DNA from: Eledone cirrhosa
Taxonomy: Eukaryota
NCBI GenBank assembly: GCA_964016885.1
Contig: CAXHJY010000891.1
Location: 1-20,282, forward strand
Reading direction: 5' to 3'
DNA length: 20,282 nucleotides
Shown: positions 10,331-20,282 of the stretch, in pieces
Layout: each line of letters begins with the position of its first letter
Position numbering within the stretch: position 1 is the first letter of the stretch
Position numbers and translations under genes: made by a program
The notes under the pieces: generated by a model
Database searches by the model: none
Told to the model about the DNA's origin: nothing
The model's input: the letters and a program-made list of their open reading frames with translations, nothing else

Positions 10331-10473
10331 ATTTATTAAAATAACAGATTAAAGTTTAAGCAAAAAATCGATGCTTTCACCCTTGACGGGATCTTCTACA
10401 GTTCTTGTATATCTGATATATATTTATCCTTATCGAGCCCTCTTTGGATTTTAGTCTTCAAATATATTATTAT

Positions 10474-10477
<4 letters not shown>
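10331..10477 (-). mobile_element. Second copy of family C PLE 3'-end fragment, HHR-like motif at 10363-10406
   Basis: Closely similar to 1003-1150. Translates [25 protein letters not shown], with the TAG stop overlapping TAGAAGA. Confidence 0.65.
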
Positions 10478-14111
<3,634 letters not shown>

Positions 14112-14113
<2 letters not shown>

Positions 14114-14612
14114 GAGAAAGACCCACTTAAAAATTAAGGTGGTAGAAAAGCCAGGAACCACCATAAAATCCCTGATCAGCAAAACCTACCCTTTTAAGAA
14201 AACCCACTGTACCAATAGGAAATGTATCATATGTAAGGTAAACCCCCGGATAAACTGTAAAACTAGAAACGTAGTCTATAGCATAAGATGTACAGAGGGT
14301 ACTTTCAGAAACATGACAACAACATACATAGGTGAGACAGCTCGTAGCATAGGTGAAAGGATAGACCAACACTGGGGGGAACTAAAAGGACGAAAAAACG
14401 GCTCAGTACTATACGAACATGCTAGACAACAACATGACGGTAACATAGACAACATAGAAATTAGAATAATATCTAAACATAGGAATGACCCAGCAGATAG
14501 GCAAATCAGAGAGGCCAGTGAAATAGAAATTAGAAGACCAAAGCTAAACAGAAAGAATGAGTGGAACAACAACAACACCCAAACAAACAACACTGACCTA
14601 AGAGAAGTATAA
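14112..14612 (+). pseudogene. 5'-truncated Penelope-like element ORF: Cys-rich linker plus GIY-YIG endonuclease (probably Naiad clade)
   Basis: Open 166-aa frame with CTNRKCIIC...[13 protein letters not shown]...[16 protein letters not shown]...[11 protein letters not shown]...RQIREA...LNRKNEW. The RT domain is absent, and the ATG lies at the microsatellite junction. Clade is assigned from the KVVEKxG start and NxKxEW end, from memory. Confidence 0.88.
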
Positions 14613-15115
14613 ATAAGTAAATAAATAAATACATACACAAGCACAATAACAACAAGAACATAAACACACACTAGTCACCCATCACACAGCAAACAAAACA
14701 CTATACACACACGCAAACGCATGCGCAAAGAAAACAAAATAAAATGAACAAACAAGCAAATAAATAAATAAATATATAGACAGACTGAATAAAAATGGCT
14801 TAGACATACAATACAACAGGAGGAAAAGATAGCACCACTGACGATATTGCAGATGTGCAACGAAAGATTTATGATAAACTATATATATGTGTTTGTGTCT
14901 ATATTGTATCTGTATTATTTTTGACCGTCGGTCAGTCAATGGCAACATTGAGGACCGAGTAAGCTAGATTACCGATATAAAAGACACAGAAGCGAGAAGC
15001 GAAAACCAAACAAACTGTGAGTGTGTTCTGTTATTAATTCTGGCAATATTACACAAATATGACCCTCCCCAAGTATAACAATATTTGTTTCGACACACGA
15101 TTTCATATAAAAAAG
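14613..15115 (+). mobile_element. 3' UTR and pLTR (family A-related) of the PLE, pLTR starting at about 14791
   Basis: Homologous to 60-621 and to the minus strand of 15911-16210: AAAATGGC.TAGAC start, HHR motif, and ATGACCCTCCCCAAGTATAAC end. Confidence 0.8.
14833..14876 (+). ncRNA. Degenerate minimal hammerhead motif
   Basis: CACCA-CTGACGA-TA-TTGC(AGATGT)GCAA-C-GAAA-GATT-TA-TGATA. The core boxes are intact, but helix I and the helix II closing pair are mismatched. Confidence 0.6.
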
Positions 15116-15258
15116 ATTTAGGCAAAAGGCCAGCAATTTTAGAGAGAGGGGAAGTCGATTAAATCTACCTAGTGCGGATTTGAACTCAGAACGTAAAGCG
15201 CTGTAACTATATGCCACAAAATATGTTATCAGACGCTCTACCGTTTCTGCCAATCCAC
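15116..15258 (-). mobile_element. Degraded tRNA-derived SINE (same family as 1154-1338) lacking the central domain
   Basis: Minus strand reads GGATTGGCAGAAACGGTAGAGCG...CTTTACGTTCTGAGTTCAAATCC...AATTGCTGGCCTTTTGCCTAAA. Confidence 0.75.
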
Positions 15259-15487
15259 AGATAATAATGAGCAGCATTAGGTAATCATCAGGTATAAGCC
15301 GGTTCTAAATTGGAAAGTTAGGATAGAGGGAGAGATGCGAAAGTAAAGGTATTTATTTTGGATTGTTGTGTGTCACGATAGATATTTTGTAATGGCGTCT
15401 TACTATTTCACTATCCACCATTCTATTTCATTGGACTGTACAATTATATTCCAGATTTAAACAAGCATACAGATTATCACACACATG

Positions 15488-15543
<56 letters not shown>

Positions 15544-15910
15544 TATGTATACGTACATACATATAAGTATACAGACGTACAGTAGTATGTATATATATAC
15601 ATACATGCATGCATGCACACATATATATAAATATGTACGTATGGATTTACCGAACATTTATTATAATGCTCGGTTTGTTTGTAAACAAACATCTCGGATT
15701 AAGCCGTACAGTGTTTAGCAACCATCGTTGCCCTTTTGTTCAACACTGACAAAGGAACGATGTACTAGTTTCAAGCTTATTAGCTATCGTCAGCACCGTA
15801 TACCTTCCTGCCAGATGACTGAACGTCTGAAAGTATATACTTTCCTTATGCATATTAACGGCTGAGCATATACATATTTATTTTATACATATTTATACAT
15901 ATACATATTT

Positions 15911-16077
15911 TTATACTTGGGGAGGGTCATATTGTTATAATATTACCAGAAATAATAGCAGAACACACTCCCTGTTTGGTTTGGGTTGGTTTTCGCTTCT
16001 GTATCTTTTATATCTCCATAGTTAATTTATCTGGCAATCAATGTTTATCACTGATTGACCAACGGTTAAAAATACAG

Positions 16078-16120
<43 letters not shown>

Positions 16121-16870
16121 ATCAAAGTTCTTTCGTCACACATCGGCAACATCATTAGTGGTACTATTATGTTTGCTCCCGTTGTGTTGTAATGTCTACG
16201 CCATTTATATAGTCTATCAAAGTTCTTTCGTCACACATCGGCAACATCATTAGTGGTACTATTATGTTTGCTCCCGTTGTGTTGTAATGTCTACGCCATT
16301 TATATAGTCTATCAAAGTTCTTTCGTCACACATCGGCAACATCATTAGTGGTACTATTATGTTTGTTCCCGTTGTGTTGTAATGTCTACGCCATTTATAT
16401 AGTCTATCAAAGTTCTTTCGTCACACATCGGCAACATCATTAGTGGTACTATTATGTTTGCTCCCGTTGTGTTGTAATGTCTACGCCATTTATATAGTCT
16501 ATCAAAGTTCTTTCGTCACACATCGGCAACATCATTAGTGGTACTATTATGTTTGCTCCCGTTGTGTTGTAATGTCTACGCCATTTATATAGTCTATCAA
16601 AGTTCTTTCGTCACACATCGGCAACATCATTAGTGGTACTATTATGTTTGCTCCCGTTGTGTTGTAATGTCTACGCCATTTATATAGTCTATCAAAGTTC
16701 TTTCGTCACACATCGGCAACATCATTAGTGGTACTATTATGTTTGCTCCCGTTGTGTTGTAATGTCTACGCCATTTATATAGTCTATCAAAGTTCTTTCG
16801 TCACACATCGGCAACATCATTAGTGGTATTATTATGTTTGCTCCCGTTGTGTTATAATGTCTACGCCATT
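15911..16870 (-). mobile_element. Family A-related pLTR in reverse orientation with its 5' 95-bp module amplified eight times
   Basis: TTATACTTGGGGAGGGTCATA at 15911 is the reverse complement of 15058-15078. Colinear similarity continues into the tandem array. Confidence 0.8.
16116..16870 (-). repeat. 8 x 95-bp tandem array; each unit carries a hammerhead fold with a CUAAUGA core
   Basis: AGTCTATCAAAG starts at 16116, 16211, 16306, 16401, 16496, 16591, 16686 and 16781. Only three substitutions were seen among the units. Confidence 0.95.
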
Positions 16871-16908
16871 GTTATTTAATTTATTAAATTAAATAAAAAT
16901 GGCGTAGA

Positions 16909-17272
16909 TGTACGGTCTCCACAGAAAGAGAGGAATTTGTGTATGTGGGTTCCACAAGTACCGAGTTCCAATGCCGCTTACACAACCACATGTGTAACTT
17001 TAGATACAAAAGCAAAGAGGTCCAACATTAGTCTAGCTGAGTTCGTGTGGAAGTTCAAGGATGAGAACCAGAACTTCAAATTGAGATGGAAAATCGTCTG
17101 CAGCGAGATTTGTCGGCTCTATATCTGTGTGAGTGGGGAGATCTTTAAACTACCCGGGCAGGCGATCAACTCTAGGTTCGAGATCCTGAGTAATTGTATG
17201 CATCGAAGGACCCATCTGTTTGCCCATCTCGCAGGTGCGCGCACCGCGAGGGGCCGATGTCTTACTTGCTGA
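16909..17272 (+). pseudogene. Frameshifted GIY-YIG endonuclease C-terminus of a second PLE clade (Nematis-like)
   Basis: The frame from 16909 gives CTVSTEREEFVYVGSTSTEFQCRLHNHMCNFRYKSK. The track frame then gives SLAEFVWKFKDENQNFKLRWKIV...INSRFEILSNCMHRRTHL. Clade label is tentative. Confidence 0.78.
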
Positions 17273-17334
17273 GCTAGTGACACGATAACTCCATTACTAG
17301 TCTCAAAACACCAACACACATCTTTTTCTTGCAT

Positions 17335-17878
17335 TTTCGCGAGTGTATTTCGGGATGGGAGAGCTTGTGCCCCCTGTTATTAGTGACTGCTTGTGGTTTC
17401 CAAAGCACTAATGGGGACACAGCCTCATAGGTGGCACGATGGTAGTGGCCAACAAATCTTACTCTCCTTTTACGTACAACGACAGATATGCGTTGGAGGC
17501 CGGCATATCTCTCTCTCAAAGTCAGATGTCGCTAGCTTATGTTCTGAATGCGTTGAAGCAGTCAAGTTTGGATGAACGCGTTTGGATGAACGCGTCTATG
17601 TTCCACTTCCATATAGCAAGATTGGTTGAATTGTTACTTGGAAGAGTCTGATCTCGGTGTAGTTGGAAAGACTTGAGCGCCAAACTCGATCCATCTTGTT
17701 GCAAACTAACCATGCTTGGGCCTTTCTGGTGGCGAAATCCTTCTCAGAGTCGATGATCCAGGACCCAAGGTACTTGGAATTCCCGGCTTGCTTGATATCA
17801 CTGCCGTTGATTGCTTTGATGCTGTTGCCTGTACAGTTTGATATGTACTTTGGTTTACCTTCGTTGAGATGAAGGCCA
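17335..17878 (-). pseudogene. RTE-clade LINE reverse transcriptase C-terminal/thumb fragment, degraded
   Basis: GLHLNEGKPKYI...SKYLGSWIIDSEKDFATRKAQAW...IRLFQVTIQPILLYGS and ISVVVRKRRVRFVGHYHRA...LVLWKP, with internal stop and deletions. Confidence 0.9.
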
Positions 17879-17883
17879 TATAT

Positions 17884-17950
<67 letters not shown>

Positions 17951-17977
17951 ACACACACACAAGTTGACTAAATACTA

Positions 17978-18010
<33 letters not shown>

Positions 18011-18011
<1 letters not shown>

Positions 18012-18197
18012 CGAGGGAAAAGTGGTAAGGAACCAGGTGGACCATAACGCACCAAAGTACTCAATACTTAGGGTAGTAGAGTGGGTAATAGGAGTAAGTA
18101 AGACCGCGACGGCTGAGCTCAAGCCGTTTCGACAGTACAGAATTAGCCGTCGAAACGGCTTGAGCTCAGCCGTCGGGGTCTTACTTACTCCTATTAC
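18011..18197. mobile_element. Family B repeat in inverted arrangement (49-bp arms 18085-18133 and 18149-18197)
   Basis: A minus-strand copy at 18011-18133 is followed by a plus-strand copy from 18138. The arms match 48/49. Flanked by (TA)n. Confidence 0.85.
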
Positions 18198-18384
18198 ATA
18201 TATATATATATATATACCATATATATATTTAAAATATATATATATACATTTATAAAACATATATGCTATAAATATATATAATATGTTAAGTATTTCCCTA
18301 GAAAATGCAAAGGAAAGAAGAGTGCTCTATGTATAGTACAGAGCTTTTTAATTACTTAATAAGCAACACAATATAATGATTCCA

Positions 18385-18449
18385 TTTCCAAATCTTTCGA
18401 GAAACTAGACGATTCTTACAGAAATGTCTAGCTTGGTCGTCAGACAAAA
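18385..18449 (-). ncRNA. Degenerate hammerhead motif with long helix II (family E)
   Basis: Minus strand reads CTGACGA-CC-AAGCTAGAC(ATTTCTGTAAGAATC)GTCTAGTTT-CTC-GAAA-GATTTG. Helix I and the cleavage triplet are poor. Confidence 0.45.
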
Positions 18450-18452
18450 CAG

Positions 18453-18492
<40 letters not shown>

Positions 18493-18502
18493 CTGTTTAT
18501 TA

Positions 18503-18616
18503 ACTTTAATCTGTTATTTTAATAAATATTTGCTCTACGGTTCTTATATATTTGATATATATTTATCCTTAGGGAGCCCACTTTGGATTTTAGTCTTCAA
18601 TTTTATTATTATTACT
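18503..18616 (-). mobile_element. Third, rearranged copy of family C
   Basis: TCTACGGTTCTTATA...CTTTGGATTTTAGTCTTCAA matches 1067-1132. The terminal ~27 nt are present in inverted orientation and the HHR-like part is missing. Confidence 0.7.
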
Positions 18617-18625
18617 ATATATATG

Positions 18626-18665
<40 letters not shown>

Positions 18666-18844
18666 TGTGTGAATGTGTGTGTGTGTCTGCGTGCGTGCGT
18701 ATGTGTGTGTGTGTTATGACGCGTACATCAGAATACAGATCGTCTTGTTTTAAAGGTTCATAATATAACATGACAATTGAAACCTAACCAGCTTTGGAAG
18801 GGGGGGGGGGGATTTGCCGCCGTCATTTCTTCGTTGGTGTCAAA

Positions 18845-19164
18845 CATACACACACACACACATATATATATACAGACATACATATATATATATATATATA
18901 TACATATATAAATAATTCTTATATTTATATATATATATATATGCATACATACATACATATATACATATATACATAATTCTTATATTTATATATACATATA
19001 TACATAATTCTTATATTTATATATATATACATATATAAATAATTCTCATATTTATAAATATATATATATATACATACATATATATATACATATATACATA
19101 ATTCTTATATTTATAAATATATATATACATACATATATATATATACATATAGAAATAATTCTTA

Positions 19165-19216
<52 letters not shown>

Positions 19217-19248
19217 TAAATAATTCTTATATTTATATATATATACAT
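18845..19248. repeat. TA/TACA compound minisatellite with recurring ATAATTCTTATATTT
   Basis: Direct reading. The same motif continues at 19660-20170. Confidence 0.9.
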
Positions 19249-19658
19249 GGTGGCTGCCAACTCGTTTTCGAGTACGGCCACTACTTTATATCCATGTAGG
19301 AGAACCCCTACCGATGCGCTGAACGAGTGTGACTTTTTAGTCCAGCCAGCGACTTGAAAACTCTGGTACAAACACTACACTTGTGACAATTATTGACACA
19401 TAGTGCTGGGCCCATGGTACCATGTGACGACAAGTGCAGAGAGATCTCCAGATATAAAGCAATGCCTGTGCCGTGAAGCTTTTATAGTGAGCAAAGGCAC
19501 TGCACAAAGCCAGTCCCACTCTCTTAACCAAGATGATATTTACCAAAAAGAAGAACAAGTCAACATCATTGGATACCATCAGGGTTGCAGGTGTTATATC
19601 AGAGTTTTCCTTCTCCTAGAATTCTGCCTTGACAAAGGCTAAGGGGCCATCTCTCCCA
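19249..19658 (-). mobile_element. Second, more 5'-truncated copy of the RTE-derived non-autonomous element
   Basis: Aligns to 4212-4620 with eight substitutions counted by eye. Confidence 0.85.
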
Positions 19659-19659
19659 T

Positions 19660-19762
19660 ATATACATACATACATATACATATATATACATATATACATA
19701 TATAAATAATTCTTATATTTATATATATATACATACATACATATATATATATATATACATAC

Positions 19763-19796
<34 letters not shown>

Positions 19797-19997
19797 ACAT
19801 ATATACATATATAAATAATTCTTATATTTATATATATATACATACATTCATATACATACATATATATATACATATATACATATATAAATAATTCTTATAT
19901 TTATATATATATACATACATACATATACATACATATATATATATATATATACATATATACATATATAAATAATTCTTATATACATACATACATACAT

Positions 19998-20030
<33 letters not shown>

Positions 20031-20105
20031 TATATTCATACATATATACATATATAAATAATTCTTATATACATACATACATACATACATACATACATAC
20101 ATACA

Positions 20106-20141
<36 letters not shown>

Positions 20142-20170
20142 TATATAAATAATTCTTATATTTATATATA
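19660..20170. repeat. TA/TACA compound minisatellite
   Basis: Direct reading of the sequence. Confidence 0.92.
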
Positions 20171-20282
20171 CGAGGTGTGTCAGAAAAGTTCCAGGACTGT
20201 TGTCACAAAAGATTTATTTCAAACCCCTAAACTTCACACTAAAGTAATCCCTTCAAAGTAATCCCCCTGGAGTCTAATGCAC
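20171..20282. mobile_element. Terminus of a Tc1/mariner-type DNA transposon, running off the window
   Basis: A TA target is followed by CGAGGTGTGTCAGAAAAGTTCC, resembling mariner TIRs. The partner TIR is not in the window. Confidence 0.6.

Noticed and set aside
15723-15762. Hairpin CATCGTT...AACGATG as a pre-miRNA
   Set aside because: The stem is only about 15 bp with bulges and does not extend, which is too short.
16116-16870. 95-bp array as a CRISPR array
   Set aside because: Whole units are identical with no variable spacers, and the unit is homologous to the PLE pLTR.

Overview
Eukaryotic, AT-rich, repeat-dominated window with no intact host gene. It is most likely coleoid cephalopod (Octopus-like); this is inferred from memory of the tRNA-derived SINE family at 1154-1338, 5671-5720 and 15116-15258. 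Well over half the window is simple or compound microsatellite, and the long I/Y/C/V/H-rich ORFs in the track are artefacts of it. The complex islands between the (TA)n tracts are mostly retroelement pieces: two GIY-YIG endonuclease fragments of Penelope-like elements (PLEs), several PLE terminal-repeat (pLTR) families, an RTE reverse-transcriptase fragment, a duplicated RTE-derived non-autonomous element, and a mariner end. The main hidden signal is RNA structure. About five distinct repeat families each carry a minimal type-I hammerhead ribozyme (HHR) motif or remnant. These include a perfect 237-bp inverted repeat with an HHR in each arm, a compact HHR with a palindromic helix III (1409-1448), repeated half-hammerheads, and an 8 x 95-bp tandem array whose unit is an HHR module with a mutated core. 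A separate 10 x 97-bp satellite is unexplained. All folds were done by eye, and catalytic activity is untested.
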